A stretch of 64,000 nucleotides of DNA, taken from assembly GCA_036172245.1 (NCBI GenBank), contig JAYWIR010000046.1, forward strand, positions 62,001 through 126,000, in the 5' to 3' direction. This DNA comes from Raillietiella orientalis. Taxonomy: Eukaryota. Made by a program: the position numbers and the translations under genes. Of the stretch, positions 1 through 11,255 are shown piece after piece. Each line of letters opens with the position of its first letter. The stretch's first letter is position 1. Under the pieces are notes generated by a model, which had not been told where the DNA came from, ran no database searches, and saw only the letters and a program-made list of their open reading frames with translations.

Positions 1-732
1 CTTACCTGCCTACGGGTCGGTAAGGACAAGTGCCTCAAGACATTCAACACTTCTGTACTGACCTGAACGAAAAACATTCACACAAAAAAAAAAAGACTTT
101 ATTTTGGAATTTTTTTTTCAATGTAAAAATTTTAATAATAAAAGCCCCGGCTCACCCGGGTGAAAAACCTGGACAAGAGCTCGGCAGGCTGGCCACTGTC
201 AACCTGTATGTACGAACCTGCCTCCTTGTCGCTCTCTTAGGTGACGATTGAATTGTGAAGTTCGTGAAATGTTCTCTAAGGATTTACGTTTATGTTGTAT
301 TAAGTGTATCTTACGGAGTTATTTTACTTGTTCAGAAGGAATCGTGGTAATACAGTGTTTATTGTGGTAAACGAAAGGGCTCTCCTTTGCCTGTTCGCGG
401 GTGCTGTAGTCTAACTAGAAAGCTGTTGGTTGGCCAAGGTAAGACTTACCCCGATGTTCCTTTTAATCTTTTCAAAGGACTATTCAATTTTTTCGAAAAT
501 TTTTTTTTTTGGCACTGAATCGGCAGCGAAATTATCAGTGCAACGCGTGAATTCATTCACAATAGTTACTGTCGCATAGCATCCCAAGATTTCAACTCTT
601 AATTTCGAGTTCGAATTCTCAATACAAGCAACATTTAAGACTTTCTGTGTTCTCGGGAATATTGTGTAGACCGAAATTTTTGATCAATTAGTACATTTTT
701 TTTTCTTCCATTTGCAATACTAATTTTTATAG

Positions 733-3700
733 ATGGCTGCGCGACCACGTGGCGCGCATACAGCAAACTCCAACCCCGCGCAACGTAACTGGAGTTGCGC
801 CTGTACCCCCAACTCCGTGCCCGCATGTACTCCTGTACCTGCGTTTGCGCTCGTTTGTGGAACTTTCCCCGCTATCCTGGTCACATGAGCAATGACTCCT
901 TAAAGCAAACTTTGGAACCCGCCTTTTTAGACACCGACCTTGGTTCATGTACTTGCATTTCGCGTCCACGTCCTTGCCCATGCCCAATTTCTGACAGTAA
1001 TTTCGCATCCTCAGCCGAAGGAAGGCACAATCGTTCCCGTAAGCTGAAGCACCATCTGACACGTATGGTGTAACTCCCTAAATCCCCACTTGCTTTTGTG
1101 ACCAATGCGATTTTACTGCGGACCTGTTCCACTATTCCCCCGACTCTCATAAATGTGAAATGTGAAGATTCCTCGTTCTCTGAAAAAACTCAAATATCCC
1201 TGCTCGTCCTGTGCATCCATTCTACCGTAAAAGCCACCTCACTACGCACCACCGGATAACAGACGGCACATCAAGAACCAAGAAATCGTCACTATACGAA
1301 GTCTTTGACGAAGAACCTGGCACTAGTAACATAACATACGAACGCCCGATTAAAGACCAATCAGCAACATTGGTCTCAGAAAGCACATGCCAAGCACCAC
1401 TCAATGCGACTCCTCAACGTCAACCTGACAACTATATGATTTCCGAACCACAACCTGTAATAACGCCTGGACTGCAGGAAGCAATTGCTATTTTCCAACA
1501 ACACAAAGACGCATTCCAACCTTTGCCTGCCGAAATTCTCTCACTGACTGATTCTTCCATCCCTATGCAACTGGAAACAGATCGCAATGCCCAATCGCCC
1601 CTGGATTCGCGTCAAATGAAATCTACCCTGTCCTCTTCATCACCGACATTTGCTGATGTGGAAAATCAGCCTCGCGTCATGCTCAAGAAAATATACACCC
1701 ATAATGCGCCTAGTCAAGGCTCCCCTCCCATCACCCTAACTTCCCTCACCATAAGTGGCAGTACATCTCCCGCTAAAATGCGATCCCTTGGAAAGACTCC
1801 TGTGTCGGCTCAAAGATCATGCCTTGTGGAGAATGCTCCACCCAACATGCATAGCACCACACAATCAATTTTTGTTTCAATACTTAACAGAGAAGTCAAC
1901 CGTTCACCTCCCACCTCACCACCATTACATACTGCTGCTTCCTTGTTTCTTACATCTATACAGCGCAAAGGACTCTTTCCCAAATACAACCACAATCCAA
2001 TGCCACCTACATTTCGTCGATCTCATCGTCATTGTGTAAAAACCCCACCCCTCGATCGAGCCCTTCTACCTCTATTGTGTCCTTACCCCTTACTTCCCTC
2101 CCTACTATCCCCACTCACGGACATTCGACTTTTGCCTATAGCCAAGAACGATGTAACTCTTACATCTAACAACGTCTTTTTAGTGCGATTTTCTGTATCC
2201 CGTACCCTAAGCTGCATAATATCTTCCTGTCCCTGGAGAACACAAACTCTCAACACGCTTCGGTCTCTCAAACGCCACTTAACCACTGCACACAAGCTAC
2301 CTTTTTGCAAGCACAAGTTGCTCTGTAGGAGATGCAACTCCGATGTCTCCTATCCTACATACCACCACCCTTGCTTTAAACACATCGCTACTCGCAACTT
2401 CCCGTGGCACTCCTCTTTTTCCAATGTAGCATTTCCAACTGTAAAGCCACTTTTCCCTCAATGCGTGGATTACACAATCATACTCGACGGTACATGCGAC
2501 CGCAAAATCAACGCAAGAAACAACTTCCTTTATCACGTGCTCCTTCGATACCCACATTCAACCGTTTTGCTGCAATAGCAACACACGAACCCGTCACACC
2601 TATAGCCCTAGAAATGACGGATCCCTTACCAACAGAAAACTGTTTTGACAGCCTCTGAACCTCCAAGAGTACCATCACACTCCCCTGTTTCCCGAACTTT
2701 ACAACAGGACGCGCCACTCATACATCTAACTCCTCCGTATCCTGTGCTCTCAACCAGCGAACGAGCATCGAGTAACCCTGAAGCACAACAGTTATTGCCA
2801 AACTTTCAGCATATACTACACACAAACACACATTCTATCTTCGGTGCTCACACCTTGATTCTCACATCTCTCCTAACACAACCAAAGTCTAACGACAATT
2901 GGCAACGTACCATTGACATCCTCAGCAAAGTCATGAATACGATGACCCCTACATTCAATATACGCCCCTTCAACCCTTCTAGAAGACATACTGCTTCCTG
3001 CAATGCTTTTCGCCTAACCTCAACAAAGCATCCCCAAACCTTGTATCGACGCAACAGAAAGCGAGCCATCCGCACTCTTCTGCACCCCAATCCCATCCAA
3101 TTCAACGGCTCTCTATCGACAGTTGAAACCATCTTAGTGAGAAATTCTTTGCGAAGGATATTAATACTGACATTCTTCACAGAGCCCCTTAACTCCAGCT
3201 TCTTGGGAAGTTAATTGCACCAACATTACCTCTCAGGATGTTGTGTTTACATTACGGAAACGCTCAGGATACTGCCCCTGGAAATGATGGAATCCCCTAC
3301 TCCTTTCTCCTAAAAGCTGATCCAGACGGATCTTGTCTTGCCGCCCTTTACAATGTTTGTATCCACTACTTGCGAATTCCTAATGACTGCAAGAGTTCAC
3401 CTGCAGTTCTAATTTCAAAATCGGGAGCATCTGACCCTATAGACGTAACGCAATTTCGTCCCTTCGCCATTTCCAACACCGTTGGCAAACTGTTCTCGCG
3501 AAAGGGTTGCGAACGTGGATCCTCAACAATAGGATCCTTGAACATCATCAGAAGGGATTTCTTCCTCATGAAGGTGTTTTAGAAAAAAACGTTTTCCTGA
3601 CCACTCTACTCGAGCGCTCCCGGGTCCTCCACAGTGACATTGCCATCACGTGGATAGATTTTAAAGACGCGTTTTTCTGCATCCCCCACCAGCTCATCCT

Positions 3701-4874
3701 AGACACGTTGACCTTACTAGGAGCTGGTCATCAATTTCATGGTAGCATATCTGAAATGTATTCGGAATCTACAACAACAATTGTAACCTCGGACGGACCT
3801 ACCTAGCCAATTCCAATTCGTTCTGGAGTACCCCATGGGTGCCCCCTGAATGGTCTATTATTTAACATCGCGCTCGAATCCTCTATTAAAACCCTGAAGC
3901 ACCACCACCCCTCTATCATTCCACTTGCATATGCAGATGATGTTGCGCTCATAGCAAGCTCCATAGACTAGCTACATCTTACCATCACCACACTTGCAGG
4001 TGCAACCCTTGCTGCAAACTTACAAATCAACCCTAATAAATGCGGCTCGTATCACTACGTAGCCTCCCGACCGCATGTGCAAAATACATTGCTGTCTGTG
4101 AATGGTGCAGCAATTCCGTGCCTTTCCCTCCAAGAGAGATATAACTAGCTAGGGAAACCGATTGGTTTTGCCCCCTCATATATAAGAGAAACGTGGATAA
4201 GTTCATTACACGCTTCCAAATTAGTGCAGACTCCTCGTTAGCTCCTTGGCAGAAACTAGATGCAATTAAAACCTTTTTCCTGCCATCTTTAGTACACGAC
4301 TTACGCCTGGGTACGAAACCCTTATCGTCTTGGGCAAAGATCGACGTAATACGTAACAAAATAATACGTAATGCGTTCTAGCAAGCTATTCTTCCTCTTA
4401 CTCAAGGCTCATCTAACGAATACCTATACGGAAGTGTCCGTGATGGATCACTTGGGATACTGCTCACTGTCGAAGAAGCACGAACCATGATAGCTAACTG
4501 CGTTTAAGCTATTAACATGCCTGGATCCCCATGTGACCGATCCTACCTTCTCTACCCTTTCCGAAGCTGTACGTAGAAAGGCTCACTCCCCACCCGACTT
4601 ACTCCTGCTTGCGCCATACCTCAATGGATGAGCCACGTCCCCTCTAGACCGCCCAAGTGGTGATTCCCGCACGATGTGATCCGCATTACGGGAAGCAACG
4701 TAGCATCTCTCCATAACATGGAACTTTGAGGATAATAATGTGACGCGCTACATGTCAATTCCTGAGCATGAAAACCCCAAAATTCTATCGCTCTCGCGCC
4801 GTAGACGAGTAGCACAAACGATACGTGCTCACTTTAGAGAGCAAAAACGATTAACACTTCAAGCCGAGCCAGAT
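733..4874 (+). mobile_element. Degenerate NeSL/Utopia-like (RLE-type) non-LTR retrotransposon, 3'-truncated
   Basis: Frameshifted reading frame with internal stops. N-terminal zinc fingers: CIISSC..SLKRHLTTAH..CRRC..HPC (~2210-2375) and CSISNCKATFPSMRGLHNH (~2420-2480). RT motifs: TAPGNDGIPY, FRPFAISNT, HQKGFLPHEGV, WIDFKDAF, GVPHGCPL, AYADD (~3927-3941). Post-RT LAPWQKLDAIKTFF (~4238) and SNEYLYG (~4412) are typical of NeSL/Utopia proteins as I recall them. It ends at LQAEPD, with no CCHC or RLE domain. Confidence 0.85.
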
Positions 4875-7800
4875 TGCACTCCGTCAGAAGAAAGGATTTT
4901 GTTGGTGTGTATTGTGTGCTTTCGCCGCTGTTGACGGATATTAATACCTGGAAACGCCGCAGTTAAAGGCAAGGAAGGCGGGAAAACCACATCTTCCAAC
5001 CCTGCTGCGATTCACCCACCTCTCAATCGATGCCCACCGTCCCGGCGAGGGCATGGAGCGCAGTGGCAGCGGCAGAAACGCCTGACGTCGCGGCGGAAAT
5101 TGCAGCCTACATAAGGAGCCAGGATGGCTATAAACCCACCTTCCTGTACAAGGTAGGCAATTTGTATTCGCCTCTCCGGACGCGAAAATTTGGAAACGCC
5201 GACCTTCGGATGGGCAATAAGGAAGAAGAGATTGCGTGCCTCTAAGTGCGGCGGGCAGTTCGCCGAGTTAATCTGCAAAGATGCAGCTCTGACTCATAAA
5301 CTGCTCTGCACGCCCGTAGAGATCGAGGGTCGCAGCATCCTTCCCTACACGGTGGACCGATCGATTAAGATCCACCTAACCGGTACAATGGTGTGAATGG
5401 AGGAAACCGCCGTTCACACCGAAATCGAAAAATACGCGATGATTCACGCCAAGTGGCTTAAGACCAACCCTTTCAGAATCAAGGCTGCCTTCAGTGGGCT
5501 TGTCGCTGCACGCGTGACCCTGTGCGAGGGGTGTGAACTTGACCACAAACTCCAGCTCGGCAACGAGTTTGTCAACGTGTGGTAGTGGAGAAGCCGAAGT
5601 TTTGCAAGATTTGTAAGACGTTCAGGCATCTCAAGAAGAGATGCCGGACGCAGTTTGCCCAACGTGCGGCGCGAAGGGCCACAACAAAGTGGTGTGCCCG
5701 ATGAACGTCGCTCCGGCGCCGTCGGAATCTTCCCTAAAATATAAGCAGAAGACAGCGGCGAACATTAAAAATAATATAATCGGGAAAAGGCCGCCGGCCA
5801 AAAAAGTCTTGCAGCAGGAAGCTGACTCATTAAAAGAGATTCCGAAATAGACTGACGACGAGGAAGGCTGGCAGCTGGACTTCCGAAAAATTAAATTCGT
5901 AAAAAAAACCGGGCCCGCCCCTGCGACAACAGCCAAAGGCAAAGCCAAGATCGCGCCTCGCGTGATCGTAAAGGAGTTTATCGCCCGGATATGTCGGGGC
6001 ATTTATTTGAATCAAATAAAAGTCCATTCTACTTTCTTGTGGTCAACCCAAACACTCACCAATTCACAAAAGCAAGCCAGCTACCGGTGCAAAAACGGGC
6101 GAGCTCCATCCAACGCGTGAGGGTAGAATAAAGGAACACAAAAACAAACAAAAGGTGACACGTAGGAAGTACACAAAGGTCTGGGAGTAGGGAGGGAGGA
6201 GAAGGGATCACATTGCGCGTGGATTGGTTTTCGAGATCCTGTTTAGGATCCTAGCGAGCTGAGTACTATTTACGCCCAGATGGGACCACCTGGAGATATT
6301 TCAAACGAAAATTCGCGTCCAGTGGATGGCATCCCTGCCATTCCTATATCTTCTGGACGCGTTCCATGCCGCCATGATTCCGCGGATGCAGTACAACACT
6401 GCCAAGGACGCGGCCGGGGGCAAGGAGGCACGCGAGAAGGTATGCGTAGACACGACTCCTGCTCCCGGAAGGCGCTCCAGCGATCGGGGAGGATGAGAGA
6501 AAGTCCCTGGACGAGCCCTTCACGATGGATGAGTTCCTCTTGGCCATCGGAAAGCTCAAGAGGCGCAAGGCTCCAGGGGAGGACGGCCTGCCGCGGAGTT
6601 TTATAGAACTTTCGCGGCAGAGCTTACCCCCCTGTACATCAACTTGCCTTGGTGATACGCGAGACAGGTGGCGTTCCCGACTCGTTTCGCTCGGCAAAGG
6701 TGCGGCTTCTCCCTAAGGGAGGAGACCTGAGGAGCATGAACAACTGGCGTCCCATCACAATAGTGAATGCGGATGCCAAGTTGCTAGCAAAGGTCTGGGC
6801 AGAGCGACTGGGACGGGTTGTCAACATCTTCATCAGCCCGGAACAGACATATGCTGTTCCCGGGCGAAGCATGGAGGCGAACCTGTTCCACGCTTCCATC
6901 TGGCTAGAGCTCTAACAAGAAAGGAGCTTGGTGCGCAGCCGAAATTCCGGTGCGTGCGCCGGCAAAGGGTCGGATGGTCGGGTGGGGAAGGGAGCCCTTG
7001 CGGTCGCAGTCGACTTGCGGAAAGCATTCGATTGCGTCGACCAGAATCTCCTGCTGAGCTTCTGGAACGCTTGGGCTTCCCGGCCTCTTTGTTGGCCTAC
7101 CTGCGCTCCAACTGGCGCGATGCGCTCATCAACGTCTTTTTCAGCGGGCATACCGTGCACGGCATACCGGTGCGACGCGGCATACGGCAGGGAGATAGCC
7201 TGAGCCCCTTGCTCTTCAGTACCTACTTTGAGCTGATACTGAGAGCGTACAGGGACACTCTGGCGCCCCTGTCTCACGACTGCGCCGGTACGCCGGCGGT
7301 TTCAGCGTACGCGGACGACCTTCTGCTGCTGCTCCCTATGTCTACCCCGGCTTCGGCGGTCGAGGAGTTCTTCGACCTGCTGAATCGGGGAACCGGACTA
7401 ACGGTGAACAGGGCGAAGTCATCCGTGATGCCAGTTAGTGCGGCGTGGGCAGGGCAGCAGGACTGGGTCCGTTTGGGGATCCCCACGGTGAGGTACTTCA
7501 AGTACCTTGGTGTATCGTTGGGGGACTACTCCCCTGCGGAAGCGTGGTTCGGCTGTCTCCAAGAGGTAGAGACGGAGATCGACCCGTTCCGAGGTGGCAG
7601 GTTTTTCCTTCCTGAACGGGCCGCGGTTTGGAACACATTCGCGACTCCTCTCCTATGCCCCCTGCTTTTTGTTTACCCCCCACAGAGAGGATAAAAAAGC
7701 GGACGAAGCACCTCCTCCGTATCGCCCTTTAGGGAAACGGGAGGGCCCGAGTCCGCTTGAAGGACTTGCTCGCTCCGCGTCGGGACGGCAGTCTCGGTCT

Positions 7801-8970
7801 CCTGACATTGGAGCGGCTGGAGCTTCAGCTCCAGTTCCAAATGTCGGTCTCTTGTTCCAGAGTTGTGGTGCACCTGTTGGTGCGTCCCTGCACGTCTCCT
7901 TCTCCAGCAAGCCACCGGCAAGACGGGACTCACGTCGTTTCTTACACTCCATCGCTCCCGCGTCAACCGATGTGGACTTCAGCTACGGAGGGTGGCTACA
8001 CTGACACGGAGAAACCATGGATTGATCACCTGTCGCCCCGCGAACAGTAGTGCCTGGTTGCAGGGAACCGTTCGTACGTGGGGACAGTGCGGCATGCAAC
8101 GCTCCTAACAGGAACGACGGTTCCTGTTTGGGAGCTACAGAAGTTGCACGCTCCGAGAGATCCTGGAGGATCCTAAGAAGAGAGCGTGGTCAACAAGAAC
8201 CCCCCTCGCTGCTGTGCTGGCCTCCCTAATGGAAGATCAGGACAGCGATGTTGCGGCGAAGTGGTAGGTTACAATAACATTCTCCAGGAAGGAGATGAAG
8301 ATAGGAGAGTGGAAGACGTGTGAGCTGACTGACGCTGCGACCCCGAGTACGCCTCCCCATGGACTTCTGCTCTGGGACGCTCTGCTCGATGTTCCCATTG
8401 AACATCCGAAGTGGTCCCCGTTGCTTATGAATAGCTCCACCCTCCCCTTAAAATGGCAGGAGTCGGCTCTACTGTTGCAGCACTGGGGACTCCCCTGCAA
8501 CGCCCGCCGACAATACTGGACCTAGGGAGCGGTGGACCCCAATTGTGTTAGATGTGGGGAACGGGATTCCCTTCCCCATCTACTTGTGGATTGTGTTGCC
8601 CTTCGGCATCTCTGGTTCCGCTTTGCCGCGGCCATCGGAATCCCCTCCGGCAACTCCGGGGACGCTTTAAAAACCCTCTTCGTTCCCGACGCCCTTCGGC
8701 CTCGGCCTCGTTAGCAGCCCTGTACTGCCTTCGCGGGATCGTCGCCGCCTAGAGCAAGGCTAGGGGAGGACCTCACGATAAGGGTGCATCAAGCACGTCG
8801 CCGAATTTTTGAGGAGGGCGTCGCGATGTCCCCACCTAGATCCAAACATACAGCAAGAGCTTGCCGGCATCCTGCGAAGGATGCAACGGCCCCAGCAGCA
8901 ACAGTGATCCCTTACCAGACCCTCCCACTGTTTCTTTTATTTTTGTTTAGTTTTTTGTTTTTCCCCTTCC
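4875..8970 (+). mobile_element. Degenerate Tx1/L1-clade non-LTR retrotransposon (ORF1 remnant, RT and C-terminal CCHC; APE endonuclease not seen)
   Basis: ORF1 remnant has two zinc knuckles, CKICKTFRHLKKRC and CPTCGAKGHNKVVC (~5602-5697). ORF2 motifs: KAPGEDGLP, WRPITIVNADAKLLAK, ISPEQTYAVPGRS, VDLRKAFD, GIRQGDSLSPLLF, AYADD (~7305-7319), KYLGV, DPNCVRC..HLLVDC (~8535-8595). T-rich 3' tail at ~8930-8965. Multiple frameshifts and stops. Confidence 0.88.
6001..6360 (-). mobile_element. Inverted, 5'-truncated 3' end of a related Tx1-like element
   Basis: The reverse complement aligns by eye with 8790-8965: CGCGAATTTTCG vs CGCCGAATTTTTG; CAGCTCGCTAGGATCCT vs GAGCTTGCCGGCATCCT; GTGATCCCTT..CCAGACC plus T-rich tail. 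It ends in AATAAA on the minus strand at 6002-6007. Confidence 0.65.
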
Positions 8971-10050
8971 CCCTGAACTGGTGCGTCAGCTCCAGTTCCG
9001 GATCATTGCGTTCATGACGTAGAGTTGGAGCACCATCTGGCGCGGCCATGCAAGCCTCCTCGTCGAGCAGTCCGCCGATTACGCGGGACTTGCATCCTAG
9101 CTTGCACTCTGAAACCCCATCTGCCACTGTGGGCTGCAGCTTTGGAGGATGGCCAAACTTGTGAGGAGCAACCCAGGATGGATCTTTATCCTCCCCGCCA
9201 ATGTTAGTACCTGGCTTTAGGAAACTATTCGCCTGTGAGAGATGATCCATGAGCAACGCGCGGAACAGATGCGAAGATTACTGTTCTCGCGGCACAACAG
9301 CCGAACGCTCCGAGATATCCTGAAGTATACCGAAAAATTGCGTGAGCATGAAGAACTTTCCTTGCTGTGGAGTTTCCCTCCTTCAGGGAACATCTGGGCA
9401 GCGACATCGCGGCAAAATAAGAGGTGTTTGTGAAGATCCCCGGACAGGAGAAGAAGTTCGAGGAATGGAAAACAGGTCAGTTGACCAATGCTGCGACTCC
9501 GAGTACAACCACACATGGACACTTTAGCTGGGGCGAGCTGCTGTATGTTCCGGTGGGACACCTAATGTGACCTTTGGTTCTGATGGACACGCGCACCCTC
9601 TTCATGAAGTGGCAGCAATGGTCGCTTTCGGTGCTGCATTGGGGTCTCCCATACAACGCCCTCCGTCACCACTGGCCGCGGGGGGTTTTGACCCCAATTG
9701 TGTTAGGTGTTGGAAGCAGGAATCCCTTTTCTACCTGTTAGTGGATTGTATTGCCCTCCGATCCCTATGGGGACGCTTTACCACGGTCCTGGGATCCTCC
9801 GGAGGCAACTCCTGGGACCTTACAAAACCCCTCTTCGTTAGCGACGCGCTTCGGCCAACGGCCTCGCTTGCAGCCTTGTGCTGCCTACGCGGGATCGTCG
9901 CAGCCTGGAGTAAAGCAACCGAAGGACCAGCGACAGGATGTTTATTCGCTAGAATAATCACCCCGGCGCACCCGGTTGGGAATCGAGCGTATGCGACCTG
10001 AAACCTCATATGAACTCGCGGAGGGGTTCCGCGGCTCCCGGGCCAGAACA
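8971..10050 (+). mobile_element. Second diverged Tx1-like ORF2 3' fragment, in tandem with the first
   Basis: 9060-9200 resembles 7900-8040 (CGLQLWRMAKL vs CGLQLRRVATL). DPNCVRCWKQESLFYLLVDC..LFVSDALRP..CLRGIVAA (9690-9905) repeats 8535-8748. Confidence 0.8.
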
Positions 10051-10289
10051 ACATATTCTATTGCCTTTGCTATGCTGACACATCTCTTTGATTCTTTTTC
10101 ATGGGTTTGTATGCTGCCATCATTACTCGCTTGGAATTTTTTGTCTATCTATTTAAGACTTCTCTGCTACCTGCTGCACAGAAAGCAGAATTACCTAGCA
10201 ATGTATTAGGCAAATTCTGAAGACACTAAGTATAAATGAGAAAAATGTGCAAAGGCGTCATTATGAAGTGTAAATGCATCAAAAATTGG

Positions 10290-11255
10290 TATGTAGAAAT
10301 GATAGAAAAAACAGCTTTCCTTTTTTAAAACGATTGAACACACTGGTGGACTGCAAATGCTTGCAACACTGGAAGATTCAATCATTCGCTCACAAGCGCT
10401 TCTAGATATCCGCCAAGCAGTGGACTCACATTTCATATACTTTATCTTCTGTTCTGGATATGCAACTCACTTTGTTTAAAAGCTAATATTGGGAAAGATT
10501 TCTACGAAACAACAGTAGAATAAGTAAATAAACGACGAAAGACCATTTGAGTTCTTGAACTACTCCATGACATTTTCTTTGTAGCACATACTATAGTTGT
10601 GATAGTCAGTTATTCAATTCACTGATAGATCATTATTTGATCTCAACGTGGGTGGGATGGGAATAGCACAAATACAATCTCGGATATCGTCGAAGATGGC
10701 ATGGAGATCACACTTAACAGATTTATAGATAGTGATAACTGCATGTTTGATGTAAATATGCTGTACTCTATAGAGTTGGATCAGAAGGTTCTTAAAGGCA
10801 AGTATAAAATAAAAAAGAAAGCCCTTTTAGAATCATCAGGAGGAAATAAAAAATATGATAAAATCTGAGCATGCTCAAATGCTCATTGAATCTAATGCAG
10901 AAGCTGTATTGGGGAAATTCATGCAGTCTTGTTCACTATATTCCTCAGATAAGTGACTCATTAATTAGAACTTGAGTTTTTAGAAATTTTTCTTTTTGGT
11001 AATACCGACAAACTTGTCAGGGAAGATGAAATGACAATCTTTTACTTTCGAATAGCTATTCAAAGCAATGAACAATTTTCTCAAGTAAATGTCATTTAAT
11101 AAAATTTCCAACTATGCTTCTTAGGAAATGAAAATTTAGAGAATGCCATCAGTAAATTAGAGCATTTTAAAGCATTACGAAAAGCAAAAATTGTGCAACA
11201 GATTGGCGACTTTGAATGGAATTCAGAGAGCAAAATTTTCATTACTCAGCGATAA
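10290..11255 (+). pseudogene. Possible decayed multi-exon gene of unknown family
   Basis: Several 30-70 codon protein-like stretches (e.g. KTIEHTGGLQMLATLEDSIIRSQALLDIRQAVDSHF; GNENLENAISKLEHFKALRKAKIVQQIGDFEWNSESKIF). One short GT..AG intron-like gap at ~11085-11124 has phases that do not join. No family recognised. Confidence 0.25.

Noticed and set aside
1..110. CTTACCTG resembling the U1 snRNA 5' end or an SL RNA
   Set aside because: No U1 stem-loops follow, and there is no convincing Sm site.
170..268. Possible HDV-like ribozyme upstream of the RLE-type element (TACGAAC/GTTCGTG as P2, GCCTCCTTGT as P3/L3)
   Set aside because: P3 and P1 pair imperfectly, and there is no catalytic C in the J4/2 position.
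1211..2578. 455-aa ORF as an independent gene
   Set aside because: It is the low-complexity and zinc-finger N-terminal part of the broken retrotransposon ORF.
9050..9070. CCTCCTCGT HDV-ribozyme-like loop
   Set aside because: No closing P3 pairing, and it lies within Tx1 ORF2-derived sequence.
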